This document shows positions 1 to 9,867 of a DNA stretch of 64,000 nt, one piece after another. Both the position numbers and the translations under genes were made by a program. The notes below the pieces were generated by a model. It was not told the origin of the DNA, did not search any database, and saw only the letters and a program-made list of their open reading frames with translations. The stretch is from Bdellovibrionota bacterium (GTDB taxonomy: Bacteria; Bdellovibrionota_C; UBA2361; CAKMMH01). Within the stretch, counting starts at the first letter, position 1; each line of letters opens with the position of its first letter. The DNA lies in NCBI GenBank assembly GCA_050952645.1, contig JBMNLI010000007.1, positions 26,993 through 90,992 on the forward strand. The letters run 5' to 3'.

Positions 1-2
1 TA

Positions 3-1751
3 AACGATAAAGATAATTTTGATGGTGTAGTATCGAAAGTAAAAGTTCTGCCAGTAAGAAACAGGGAAACTTTAGGCGTGTATAATGAAATTAAGGCGAC
101 GAAAAAAGGAAATAAAAAAACGCTTCAAGTTAAGCTTCCTGATGGAATTTTAAAAGGGCAATTAAAATTAAATGTAAGCGCTATAGCTATCAATGCTTTA
201 GAGGGGGTGTTTGAATATATGAAAGATTATTCTTATACTTGCTGGGAGCAAAAGTTAAGTAGAGCATTAGTATCTGCTTATTATGAAGTGTTTAGAGATT
301 TTGTCCCTAAAAGTTTCGTTTGGAAAGATGGTGGAAGAGTTTTTACAAACAAAATGCTTCAATTAGCAAAAAATTACCAAGCATCACGTGGCGGAATGAC
401 TTTTTTCGTTCCTGAAAATGGTAATATAAGTGAGTATTTAAGTTCTTTTACAATGTTTGGTTTTAGTATTTTAAAAGATTTAGGATATGAAATACCGAGT
501 GATGTAAGTAGTAAGTTAAAAGAATATATTTTAAAAATGTTAAATAAGGATTCTGAATTAACTTCACGAGTAATGGCTGTATATGCATTATCGAAAGAAG
601 GCGCTCTCGATAAGAGTGAGATAATAAGAGTCTTTAATGATAGAGAAAGAATGAGTTTATTTGCTAAGTCGATTTTGCTAGAGACGATATCGCATCGTAT
701 AAAAAGCGGCGAGAAAGATTTTAAGAAAGAAGCTGAAGTTCTTTTTAAAGATATTATAAATTATGGTGATGAGACTTCTAGTAAACTTAATTTCGTAAGT
801 ACTAGTGATGAAAGTTGGCAGGAGTTGTATTCTAGTGGTAGAACTAATTGTAGTATTTTAAGTTCTTTTGCTAGTTATAGTGGTGTAGTAGATAGGAAAG
901 GAAAAGAGGCTGAATATCTTAAAGAGCAAAGTTCTAAGCTTTTTAAAACGATACTAGAAAATAGGAGGCAAGATGGCTCTTTTGGTAATACTCAAGAAAA
1001 TATTTTTTGTTTAAAGGCGATAAGTGATTATATCAAAAAACCAGAAATGAGAGGAGTTGATTTGAATTTTAAGGGAACTCTATTTAATAAAGAATTTGCT
1101 AACTTTAATCCTAAAAAAAATATTAAGGCAGAGAGTGTAGTAAAACTTTCTAAGGCTGATAGTAATAAGCAAGGCGAGTTAGTCGTTAATGCAAAGGGTA
1201 AAGGGGATGTTTATTATAATACTAGTATTTCTTACTATTCAAAGTATCCACTCGAATATAAGAATGCGGGAATTGCGATTCAAAGAGAGTATAGTGTAAA
1301 AAGAGGGAATCGTTTTAAGTTGCTAAGAGATGGCGAGAAGTTAGAGGTTGGTGATATAGTAAGAGTCGATTTATATCTTTCGACGCCTTCTCAAAGAAGT
1401 TTTGTCGTAGTAACCGACCCACTCCCAGGGGCGTTAGAGCCTATAAATACCGATTTGGCAGGCAATGACAGATTAGATGATGAAGATGTAGATGATTATT
1501 ATGAAGATGATTCGTATAGGAACACTCGTTTAAGATGGAATACGTATTATTTTTATTATAATGAACTTTTACACGATAATGCTAGATTTTATTCTGAGTA
1601 TTTGCCTAAAGGGTATCATCATTTAAGATACAAAGCAGTCGTAGTTGCAAGGGGAACTTTCCAAGCTGGTGGTACATTTGCAGAAGAAATGTATAACCCA
1701 GATATTTTTGGAAGAGGAAAAGAGGCTAGCTTTGTAGTCGGAAAAAAATAA
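3..1751 (+). CDS. Bacterial alpha-2-macroglobulin family protein, C-terminal part (5' end outside window)
   Basis: Frame open from base 3. Thioester-type motif YTCWEQ, A2M-like C-terminus (GDIVRVDL, VVTDPLPGALEPIN, GTFQAGGTFAEEMY). Confidence 0.9.
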   Translation, partial: NDKDNFDGVVSKVKVLPVRNRETLGVYNEIKATKKGNKKTLQVKLPDGILKGQLKLNVSAIAINALEGVFEYMKDYSYTCWEQKLSRALVSAYYEVFRDFVPKSFVWKDGGRVFTNKMLQLAKNYQASRGGMTFFVPENGNISEYLSSFTMFGFSILKDLGYEIPSDVSSKLKEYILKMLNKDSELTSRVMAVYALSKEGALDKSEIIRVFNDRERMSLFAKSILLETISHRIKSGEKDFKKEAEVLFKDIINYGDETSSKLNFVSTSDESWQELYSSGRTNCSILSSFASYSGVVDRKGKEAEYLKEQSSKLFKTILENRRQDGSFGNTQENIFCLKAISDYIKKPEMRGVDLNFKGTLFNKEFANFNPKKNIKAESVVKLSKADSNKQGELVVNAKGKGDVYYNTSISYYSKYPLEYKNAGIAIQREYSVKRGNRFKLLRDGEKLEVGDIVRVDLYLSTPSQRSFVVVTDPLPGALEPINTDLAGNDRLDDEDVDDYYEDDSYRNTRLRWNTYYFYYNELLHDNARFYSEYLPKGYHHLRYKAVVVARGTFQAGGTFAEEMYNPDIFGRGKEASFVVGKK

Positions 1752-1766
1752 GAGCATAAGATATTG

Positions 1767-1837
1767 TTCTTTGACGTTTTAAATAGGTGATGTTAATTTT
1801 TTTAGAATTTTAAAAACCCCTTTAAAACGTCAAAGAA
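1767..1837. repeat. Short copy of dispersed inverted-repeat (MITE-like) family A
   Basis: ttctttgacgttttaaa ... tttaaaacgtcaaagaa terminal inverted repeat; internal gatgttaattttttaga shared with the copy near 44121. Confidence 0.8.
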
Positions 1838-1859
1838 TCTTTTTTAAAAAAAGAAAGCT

Positions 1860-2387
1860 TTATTCTGTAAATGCTTCATTGATGATTTCTTTATTTTTGT
1901 TTCTAATATATTCAAATGCTGCGGTTAAAAAAATAATTATATTCATTACAAACATTGGGTAGGCTTTAATATAAAAATCAAAGATTGCCCATTGGGCAGC
2001 TTTGAGCATCAGGGCGATTCTCATATATTTAACGGATTTTATTAGGTATGCTAATATAGCAAATGAGATAGATGCGGTAATTGGAAAAATTCCAATCCAA
2101 GAATTTTTATTGAAGGCTAGTCCTAAAATAGTCATAGCGACGCATATAAAGATTGTGATATTTTTAGTAAGTTTTCCTTTTATTTCTAAAGCGTGTCTAG
2201 TAGCCATTAGCAAGTGAGCAACGATACCAGAGTATCCACCAAGGCAAAGGCAGGAGAGTGCGCAAAAAAGGTTAGTTATCATTATTAGCAAAATCATATT
2301 TTTTTTATGTTTGCTAAATATAGAAGAAAGAGTAAATGATGCACCAATAAAGGACAAAGCTTGTCCTATTAAAGTTAAATTATTCAT
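1860..2387 (-). CDS. YgjV-family inner membrane protein, copy 1
   Basis: 175-aa hydrophobic protein with GGYSG and WAIFDFYIKAY motifs; paralogous to three neighbours. Confidence 0.8.
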   Translation of the reverse strand: MNNLTLIGQALSFIGASFTLSSIFSKHKKNMILLIMITNLFCALSCLCLGGYSGIVAHLLMATRHALEIKGKLTKNITIFICVAMTILGLAFNKNSWIGIFPITASISFAILAYLIKSVKYMRIALMLKAAQWAIFDFYIKAYPMFVMNIIIFLTAAFEYIRNKNKEIINEAFTE

Positions 2388-2410
2388 AATTTATAAGTCT
2401 TAAAAAAAAG

Positions 2411-2486
2411 TTCTTTGACGTTTTAAGGTAGTTTAAGCTAACCTATTACAAAACAATTTTTCCTGCCCCACATAAAACGTGAAGAA
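2411..2486. repeat. Short copy of repeat family A
   Basis: ttctttgacgttttaagg ... cataaaacgtgaagaa; its reverse complement contains ggaaaaattgtttt and ggttagctt as in the long copy at 40019. Confidence 0.8.
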
Positions 2487-2768
2487 GTAAAAAAATATTT
2501 GTCTAGTGTAAATGATTTTTTAGTAATATAAAATTTAAAAATTTTATAATTTTTATTGTGGTTTTATAACTATATAAAAAATCTAAGTTTTTTCTTAATA
2601 AAAATGTTTTAAAAAAAACCTTAAATTATAGGATTAAATGTGGTCTGAATGAGTTTTTATTTTTTCGCGTATTCTAAGTTAGTTTTAAACTCTTCGCAAA
2701 AAAAAGATTTTTTTAATCCTCTTTAAATGTGTGAAGAACTAAAAAATTTTTATTTCTAATTAGCATTA

Positions 2769-3287
2769 CTAACTAGCGTCGGCTATGTTTTTATTTTTTC
2801 TTCTTAGATATTCTAGTGCACAGGTGATTATAATTATTATATCCATTAAAAATGTTCGGTATGCTTGAATATAAAAATCAAAGATTGCCCATTGCACCGT
2901 AGCGAATATGTAGACTATCCTCAAGCCTTGTGAAGATTTTACTAAATATGCTAAAATAGCGAATGATACTTCAGCGGTAATCGGAAGGAGTCCAAGAGAA
3001 GAGTTTTCGTTAGAAAGAATTCCTAGGAATATTATTCCAGTGCATATAAGAAAGGTGTTAAATTTAGTTAGTTTTCCTTTTAAGTCTAAGATATGTCTTA
3101 TTATAAGCACGGCAGTAGAGGTAAAACCTGAATATCCGCCTAAAACGAGATAAGAAAGTGCGTAGCAACTATCATTTAGTAGTATAAAAGCTACCATATT
3201 TTTTTTATTTTTACCAAATATTGAAACTATAGAGAAAAACACGCCGATTGCTGATAAAATTTACCCTAATATAAATGAGTGTCTCAT
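2769..3287 (-). pseudogene. YgjV-family protein, copy 2, with nonsense codon at position 9
   Basis: ATG at 3287 reads MRHSFILG*ILSAIGVFFS. TAA at 3261-3263 replaces the Gln of LIGQ/ILGQ in the intact paralogs; the rest (ORF 2769..3242) is intact. Confidence 0.75.
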
Positions 3288-3416
3288 AACTTTTTTTTAT
3301 TTTTTTTAATAACAAATACGCAACTAAAATAGGTTATCACTTTTAGATTTATTATTCAAAATTTTTAGTAGAAGGTGTTGTGTAGTTTTTCTCCTTTAAT
3401 TTTATTTTGAGGGAAT

Positions 3417-3935
3417 TTAGTTAGGAACTTCCTTGTTTTTATTTATATTTTTAATGAATGCGAATGCGGAAGTTAAAAAAGTTGATACGTCCGTTATGAA
3501 AGCTGGATAAGCTTTAATATGAAAATCGAAGATACCCCATAGAAAGACGCTTAGCATTAAAACGGCTCTCATATTTTGTACGGATTTTATGTAATAGGTT
3601 AAAATAATGAGTGATACTGAGGCGATAATGGGAAGAATACCGATCCAAGAATTTTTATTAAAATAGAGTCCAAATAATATGATAATTATGCATATAGTGT
3701 AAGTTATAGTTTTAGTTAATTTACCTTTTACTTCTAAAATATGTCTAATTGCCATAGATGTATTAGCTATAAATCCTGAATGTCCACCTAAAACAAGGTT
3801 AGAGAGAGCGCAGAACGTGCAAGTTAAGGATATTAGCATGATCATATTTTTTTTGTTTTTACTAAATATAGAAAAAAGAAGAAAAGTAGCACCAGTAAAA
3901 GATAAAACTTGCCCCAATATAAACAGTTTGTCCAT
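3417..3935 (-). CDS. YgjV-family inner membrane protein, copy 3
   Basis: 172 aa, same motifs (LGGHSG, WGIFDFHIKAY). Confidence 0.8.
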   Translation of the reverse strand: MDKLFILGQVLSFTGATFLLFSIFSKNKKNMIMLISLTCTFCALSNLVLGGHSGFIANTSMAIRHILEVKGKLTKTITYTICIIIILFGLYFNKNSWIGILPIIASVSLIILTYYIKSVQNMRAVLMLSVFLWGIFDFHIKAYPAFITDVSTFLTSAFAFIKNINKNKEVPN

Positions 3936-4032
3936 AACCCAAATAGCCTTTAATAAAAAATAATGTGTTAGTTTAGTATGAACGATTTTTATAAAATGTG
4001 GAATAAGAAGTTTTTATTTCTAATTAGCATTA

Positions 4033-4339
4033 CTAGCTAACATCGGCTATGTTTTTATTTTTTCTTCTTAGATATTCTAGCGTGGTAGTGGTTAGAGTTA
4101 TTATGTCCATGGTAAACATTGGGTAGGCTTTGAAATGAAAATCAAAGAGCGCCCACTGCATAGTGCAAAATAATAAAACGATTCTCATATTTTGTGTAGA
4201 CTTTATATAATAAGTTAAAATAACGAGCGATACCGAAGCAGTTATAGGAAGAATGCTAATCCAAAAAATTTTATCTTCATCGATATAAGTATTAAAATAA
4301 AGTCCTAAAATTATGATGGCAACACATATTAAAAAAGTG
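4033..4339 (-). pseudogene. YgjV-family protein, copy 4, 5'-truncated fragment
   Basis: Manual translation: TFLICVAIIILGLYFN...ILPITASVSLVILTYYIKSTQNMR...LEYLRRKNKNIADVS*. Homology stops where the repeat begins at 4340. Confidence 0.85.
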
Positions 4340-4515
4340 GCTCTTCATGTTTTAAGTTAGGTTTTAGACCTTAAAGTTAGTATCACTCACCTCGACGAAG
4401 CCCAAAAGAAAATTGACTTTAAAGAAATTTGCATAAAATAAATTACTTTAAATATAGTTGTAATTTTTCTTTAAACTATAGATAGTTTTCTATAAAAGCC
4501 AATTTTCTTTTAAGC
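4340..4515 (-). repeat. Long copy of repeat family A (one outer end missing), abutting the intron
   Basis: Reverse complement matches 40066..40241 over 176 bp with 4 mismatches by manual alignment. Confidence 0.9.
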
Positions 4516-6409
4516 GTGTGCCGGGCACGACATAGTTCTAGCGGGTGAAAGTCCCGTCACGGGTAGTTGTCACCAAGTGTAGTGATGCCACAAGCTCGAA
4601 GCAGTAATGTTAGAGTGAAGGAAGTGGCGGATCAAAACCAAGGAGCCTACGAACAGAAACCAGATACAAGGCTAAATGGTGGGTGAGGTTGCGCTACAAA
4701 CCGAAGCCCTAAAGACAAACGTAAAACCAAACGAGTAAATCTGGAGGTTGTCTGGTGAAAGAACTATGCCTTACCCCGGGAGGTCCAGATAGCGTGCTAT
4801 GCACGTGCGATATAAAGCTTATATCTGGAAGTCAGTTGATACCATAGTACTTGAGACACCACTCAAGGAAGGGTTGAACGTTAATATATTGTGAATCACT
4901 GTAAGCAAGGCTAGAAGAGTCCGAAATTGAAGATATGCCTAACAAACAGGAACGTAACCTGTGGGGGCAGAAGATAGAGGGGGTGTTTTCTAGTAGCTTT
5001 ACAAACAGAGGGAGGAGCAACAGGTGGAATTGATTGAATTGATTATATCAGACAAAAATATAGATGAGGCTATAAAGGCTGTTAAGCGAAATAAAGGTGC
5101 ATCTGGTGTAGATGATATGCCAGTAGATGAGCTTGAAGACTATTTTGCCGTTCACAGAGAAGAGATAAAATCTCAGATACGTGAAGGGAATTATAAGCCG
5201 AGTCCAGTTAAGAGAGTGTATATACCTAAAGCTAATGGTAAGATGAGACCTTTAGGAATACCTACAGTAGTAGATAGGGTAATTCAACAAGCGGTAGCGC
5301 AAATACTAGCACGCGGATACGAAAAGTATTTTAGTAATAGTAGCTATGGCTTTAGACCTAGAAGGAATTGCCATCTAGCAGTATATAGAACTCTTGAGTA
5401 CTTGAAAAGAGGCTATGATTGGGTTATAGACCTAGACATAGAGAAATATTTTGATACTGTTAATCACGACAAATTAATTTCGATAATCAGGGAACGCATC
5501 AAAGATGCGAAGACACTACGATTGATAAGACAGTTCTTAAGAGCTGGTATAATGGAAGATGGATTGTTTACTGTAAGTGAGAAAGGAGTTCCGCAAGGAG
5601 GTCCATTATCCCCAGTATTATCTAACATATACCTTGATAAGCTCGACAAGGAACTGGAAGCAAGAGGACTTAAGTTTGTTAGATATGCCGATGACTGTAA
5701 TATATTTGTTAGAAGTGAAAAGGCTGCTAATAGAGTAATGAAGTCCGTTGCGAGTTGGTTGGAGCGTAAGCTACGACTTAAAATTAATTCAAGTAAGAGT
5801 AAAATCTCTAGGCCGACGGAAAGCACTTTCTTAGGCTTTACCTACTGGAAGAGTGGGTATAAAACTTGGAAATGTAAACCTGCTGAAGATCGCAAACGAA
5901 AACTCTATGATAAAACTAGAGAAATTCTTTGTAGACGGAAGGCAATGGCACGAACGTTAGGTTCGACATTTCAACAGCTAAGCTGGTTAATTAAAGGTTG
6001 GATAAACTATTATAAGATAGGAACTCTTAAGACTTTTATAGATAAATATGGTCAATGGCTTAGACACAAAGTGAGGGTTATAATACTTAAACAGTGGAAA
6101 TTGCCGAGACGAATCTATCTAAATCTTAAGAAATTGAACCGAATGCTTGGTTGCAATTTTAGAAATGAAGAAATCTATAAGGTTGCTAACAGCAGACTCG
6201 GCTGGTATAGACGCAGTTCGTGGTACGTAGTGAATTATGCATTAAGCCCTAAAATATTGGGGCGTAAAACAAAGGAACGAATTGGTTTAATCGACCCTTT
6301 GACGTATTACCTGAGTATTACTTGATATTATATTAATGGAGCGCCGTATACGAGACCCGTACGTACGGTGCGACGGGAGGGAGAGGGTATAGCCCTCGCT
6401 CTACCCTAT
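4516..6409 (+). mobile_element. Group II intron, class IIC
   Basis: 5' end GTGTGCC; domain V ggagcgccgtatacgagacccgtacgtacggtgcgacggga with CGC triad; domain VI ending ...ctaccctAT at 6409; lies directly after a DNA hairpin; encodes an RT without an endonuclease domain. Confidence 0.9.
5024..6325 (+). CDS. ltrA: Group II intron reverse transcriptase/maturase
   Basis: RPLGIPTVVDR, DLDIEKYFD, GVPQGGPLSP, YADD, GWINYY thumb; GTG start after gggaggag RBS. Confidence 0.95.
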   Translation: MELIELIISDKNIDEAIKAVKRNKGASGVDDMPVDELEDYFAVHREEIKSQIREGNYKPSPVKRVYIPKANGKMRPLGIPTVVDRVIQQAVAQILARGYEKYFSNSSYGFRPRRNCHLAVYRTLEYLKRGYDWVIDLDIEKYFDTVNHDKLISIIRERIKDAKTLRLIRQFLRAGIMEDGLFTVSEKGVPQGGPLSPVLSNIYLDKLDKELEARGLKFVRYADDCNIFVRSEKAANRVMKSVASWLERKLRLKINSSKSKISRPTESTFLGFTYWKSGYKTWKCKPAEDRKRKLYDKTREILCRRKAMARTLGSTFQQLSWLIKGWINYYKIGTLKTFIDKYGQWLRHKVRVIILKQWKLPRRIYLNLKKLNRMLGCNFRNEEIYKVANSRLGWYRRSSWYVVNYALSPKILGRKTKERIGLIDPLTYYLSIT

Positions 6410-6416
6410 TATATCT

Positions 6417-6468
6417 TTTATTATTTCTTTTATTATTTCTTTTATTATTTCTTTTATTATTTTCTTTA
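6417..6468. repeat. 12-bp tandem repeat (ttttattatttc) x~4
   Basis: Read directly just downstream of the intron. Confidence 0.7.
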
Positions 6469-6730
6469 TTATCTCTTAATTATTCGTTTCTTTTAATTTA
6501 GATTCCAATTTTTGTTTTCAAATTATAAATTTTATAATTAAATTTTCTTGTAATATAAGTAGCTTTGCTAAGTAGTAGCAAATGCATAAAGTCTAAAGTA
6601 AAAGTAGTTAATGTTTTGCTAAAAACGTGGAGACCTAAATGCTTATTTAGGTTATATTTTGCTATTAAAATAAACCTAGTTATTTTCAATAAGTTATCTT
6701 TTAAAGGCGTTTTAAACTAAAAAAATAATT

Positions 6731-6757
6731 TAAGTTTCGTAATATTCTTGCCGTTAT
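6731..6757 (+). promoter_or_regulatory. Candidate sigma28 (FliA) promoter for flagellin
   Basis: TAAG-N15-GCCGTTAT versus consensus TAAA-N15-GCCGATAA, about 190 bp upstream of the flagellin start. Confidence 0.45.
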
Positions 6758-6942
6758 ATTAAATTGAAAGGATTGAATGTGTGTGATTAAAGAAAGGTTT
6801 TTCTTGAATGTGTGTGAAAATAATCTTTCATTTAAAGGTATCTTTTTTAAAGCGACTTTAAAAATAATCACTATTAGACAAAATAATTTGTTACACATTT
6901 TAATCCTCCAAGGAAGGTAAATTAATTTATTTCAAGGAGGAA

Positions 6943-7809
6943 ATGAAAATGGCAATAACAATTGGTAGTAATATTACTTCTCTTAAAGCCCAAAGGCAGT
7001 TGACTAAATCGACTGCAGGTCTTAGTGCAACGTACTCAAGACTAAGTTCGGGTTTAAGAATTAACAAAGCAAGCGATGACGCAGCAGGATTAGCAATCGC
7101 AGACTCATTAAAAGCTGACCAAAGAGTAGCAGCAGTAGCTATAAGAAACGCTAATGATGGTATTTCAACTATAGCAATCGCTGACGGTGCTCTTTCTCAA
7201 GTGTCAGACGTGTTAACTCGTTTAGCAGAGTTAGCAGAGCAATCGGCAAACGGTGTGTATTCAACATCGCAACGTAATGCTCTACAAAATGAGTTTAGCG
7301 CATTAGGTTCTGAGATACAACGTATCGCTACAACAACGGAGTTTAACGGCGTTAAACTTCTTGATGGAGCTGGCTCGGGTATTACTCTGCAAGTTGGCTT
7401 CGATTCTAAAGAAACATCTAGAATATCGATTACTAACGTAGCAGGTACTCTTCAAAGATTAGGCATAGGTAATGCTGATGGAGATATGACTATTTCTATT
7501 AGTGGTGAAACCATTGAAGAGGGGCAAGCTGCATCGAGAGACGCTCTAGATAAAGTAAACTTAGCAATCGGAAGCTTAGCATCTACTAGAGGTAATTTAG
7601 GTGCTGTAGAGTCAAGGTTATCAGTTACGATAAATAACCTAGAAGTTGCTAAGGAAAACTTTGCATCAGCAGAAAGCCAAATTAGAGACGTAGACGTGGC
7701 TTCAGAAGCTGCCGAGCTTACAAGATTAAATATCTTACAACAAGCAGGTGCTTCAGTTCTTGCTCAGGCAAACCAGCAACCAGCTATCGCTTTAAGCCTG
7801 TTAGCTTAA
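6943..7809 (+). CDS. fliC: Flagellin (short type)
   Basis: RLSSGLRINKASDDAAGLAIA N-terminus; SQIRDVDVASEAAELTRLNILQQAGASVLAQANQ C-terminus; aggagg RBS. Confidence 0.97.
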   Translation: MKMAITIGSNITSLKAQRQLTKSTAGLSATYSRLSSGLRINKASDDAAGLAIADSLKADQRVAAVAIRNANDGISTIAIADGALSQVSDVLTRLAELAEQSANGVYSTSQRNALQNEFSALGSEIQRIATTTEFNGVKLLDGAGSGITLQVGFDSKETSRISITNVAGTLQRLGIGNADGDMTISISGETIEEGQAASRDALDKVNLAIGSLASTRGNLGAVESRLSVTINNLEVAKENFASAESQIRDVDVASEAAELTRLNILQQAGASVLAQANQQPAIALSLLA

Positions 7810-7864
7810 AACTTAATATAGCTGATTTAAAAGCTTTGTTTCTTTTAAGTTTTGCATAATAATG

Positions 7865-7897
7865 AGGTTAGCAAGCCATGTAGAATGGTGCTAACCT
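7865..7897 (+). terminator. Hairpin downstream of flagellin (possible terminator)
   Basis: aggttagca...tgctaacct stem; no clear U tract. Confidence 0.35.
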
Positions 7898-7989
7898 TAG
7901 CAAAACTTTAGCAAAACTTAAAGACGTAAAACTAAAATTTTTTTAAAGAGATGCTAAAGTTGTCCTAGTATCTCTTTTATAAGTAAAAG

Positions 7990-8073
7990 TTCTTTTACGG
8001 TATAATTTTTGGGCTTCGTGGGGTGAGTGATACTAATTTTAAGGTCTTAAACCTACCTTAAAACGTGAAGAGC
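7990..8073 (+). repeat. Copy of repeat family A
   Basis: gggcttcgtggggtgagtgatactaattttaaggtcttaaacctaccttaaaacgtgaagagc is nearly identical to the right end of the 40019..40241 copy. Confidence 0.85.
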
Positions 8074-8397
8074 CTAATTTTTTAAATTTTAGTAGAAATT
8101 TATCGCAAAAGAAGCTGATTTCTAAAACAAGATTATAAAAAATCTGTTTTGTAGAAAACTTAAGGATAACAAGCAGTTATAAAGAATCTACTTCTATGGC
8201 TTTTGGCGTTTTGTAAAGATTTAGCTTAATCTTTAAATACATCAAGAGCCTTTTTCTTTTATTTTTCATCTATAAACATTGAGTTCTTAAAATATATAGC
8301 TCTTCATATCTCTGACGTTTTTTTCTATAAAGAACTTTGTTAGAGTTTTAAAATGTATTAAAGATATGGAGGACTTTTTTTAAGGTTAATTTATTAG

Positions 8398-9066
8398 ATG
8401 AAAAAGAAAATAATAAAACTAATTATAGCATTATTTATTTTTACCGTAATATTTTTAGTCCCGAGTGCTTTTGCAAAGCCTATATATGTAATTAGAAAAA
8501 ACGATGGTTCAGTTTTAATTACTAATAGGACGCCACCTAAGGGAACTAATGCCGTAGTTTATACGGGACAAAGAATATACAACAACACTAAAAGTGCATA
8601 TGGCAATACTCAAGGAACATTTAGCAGAGTTCAAGGGAGCAATGCTAGTAATAATAGTGGTTATGGGGGAAAATTATTTTTAAGATATTGCGACCTTATA
8701 AAGGATGTATCACGTTATTATAATGTATCTGAAAGTTTGATAAGAAGTGTTATCCACGTTGAGTCTTTTTATAATCCATATGCAGTTTCTAAAAAAGGCG
8801 CTCAAGGGCTTATGCAACTAATGCCTTTTGTAGCTAAAGAGTTAGGAGTTTCAAACCCATTCGTTCCAGAGCAAAATATTGAGGGAGGAACTAGACTCTT
8901 GTCGAAACTATTAAAAAAATATAACGGCAATAGGGCTCTTGCGCTTGCGGCTTATAATGCAGGTGAGGGGGCTGTCGATAAATTCAATGGTATCCCACCT
9001 TATAAAGAAACTAGAGATTATGTAAGAAAAGTTTTAGCCTTGCAAACACGCTATGAAAGGATGTAA
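8398..9066 (+). CDS. Lytic transglycosylase, SLT family, with signal peptide
   Basis: VIHVESFYNP catalytic Glu, SKKGAQGLMQLMP, ALAAYNAG motifs. Confidence 0.92.
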   Translation: MKKKIIKLIIALFIFTVIFLVPSAFAKPIYVIRKNDGSVLITNRTPPKGTNAVVYTGQRIYNNTKSAYGNTQGTFSRVQGSNASNNSGYGGKLFLRYCDLIKDVSRYYNVSESLIRSVIHVESFYNPYAVSKKGAQGLMQLMPFVAKELGVSNPFVPEQNIEGGTRLLSKLLKKYNGNRALALAAYNAGEGAVDKFNGIPPYKETRDYVRKVLALQTRYERM

Positions 9067-9306
9067 ACTCTTTTAAGAAGTTTGCAAGTTTGCAAAAATT
9101 GCGTTTAGCGAAGCTTAAGGAAAATTTGCGTTTAGCGAAGCTAAGTGTAAATTTTCCTTGGGCTCTTTGAGTGTGCATGGTTATGTGCTAATTATCTGGC
9201 TATATTTAACTTTAGTTTGCAAGTTTGCAAAAATTTTTGTTTAGTTCCTAATATTTATAACGTGAAGAATTAGAATTTTTTTAAATTTTGTTATTAGTAA
9301 AAAATT

Positions 9307-9867
9307 ATGAAAAGACTACCTAATATTCTTACATTTACTCGTTTGTTTTTAGTTCCATTGATGGCTATTTTTATGCTTTTTCCTTATTCGCCATATATTT
9401 ATATTGCTATGGCATTATTTATTATTGCTGGACTTACAGATTTTGTTGATGGTTATTTTGCTAGAAAGTATGATGCGGTGACGGATTTGGGAAAAATTCT
9501 CGACCCCATAGCAGATAAATTGCTAGTAATGATTACTCTTATTATGTTTTTAGGTATAAAAACTGGGAATGGTGGCAGACCTTGGGTATCTGTTATATTA
9601 GTGGCGATTATTTTTGCGAGAGAAATTTGGATTATGGGATTAAGAACTGTGGCATCTGCAAAAGGAGTAGTTGTTCCTGCTTCAAAGGTTGCAAAATATA
9701 AAACTACATTTCAAATGATAGCGATTGGATTTTTATTTTTAAGTAATTATACATTTCCTTTTCTTTTATGGGATTGTTGCACTATAGGCAATTTCTTGCT
9801 TTTAATTTCCACAATTTTATCTGTAATAAGTGCAGTCGATTATTCAAAAAGAATTTTAAGTTTATAG
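9307..9867 (+). CDS. pgsA: CDP-diacylglycerol--glycerol-3-phosphate 3-phosphatidyltransferase
   Basis: LPNILTFTRL, TDFVDGYFARKY...GKILDPIADK CDP-alcohol phosphotransferase motif. Confidence 0.95.
   Translation: MKRLPNILTFTRLFLVPLMAIFMLFPYSPYIYIAMALFIIAGLTDFVDGYFARKYDAVTDLGKILDPIADKLLVMITLIMFLGIKTGNGGRPWVSVILVAIIFAREIWIMGLRTVASAKGVVVPASKVAKYKTTFQMIAIGFLFLSNYTFPFLLWDCCTIGNFLLLISTILSVISAVDYSKRILSL

Noticed and set aside
3261-3263. Stop-codon recoding / alternative genetic code
   Set aside because: TAA, TAG and TGA all terminate conserved genes elsewhere in the window; a single nonsense mutation is simpler.
5024-6325. Retron, DGR or defence RT
   Set aside because: Flanked by group II 5' end and domains V/VI and carries a maturase thumb; no template/variable repeat pair seen.
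4832-6898. Small ORFs 4832..5020, 5464..5826, 6498..6689, 6701..6898
   Set aside because: Antisense to intron RNA or RT, or AT-rich intergenic ORFs with no motifs.
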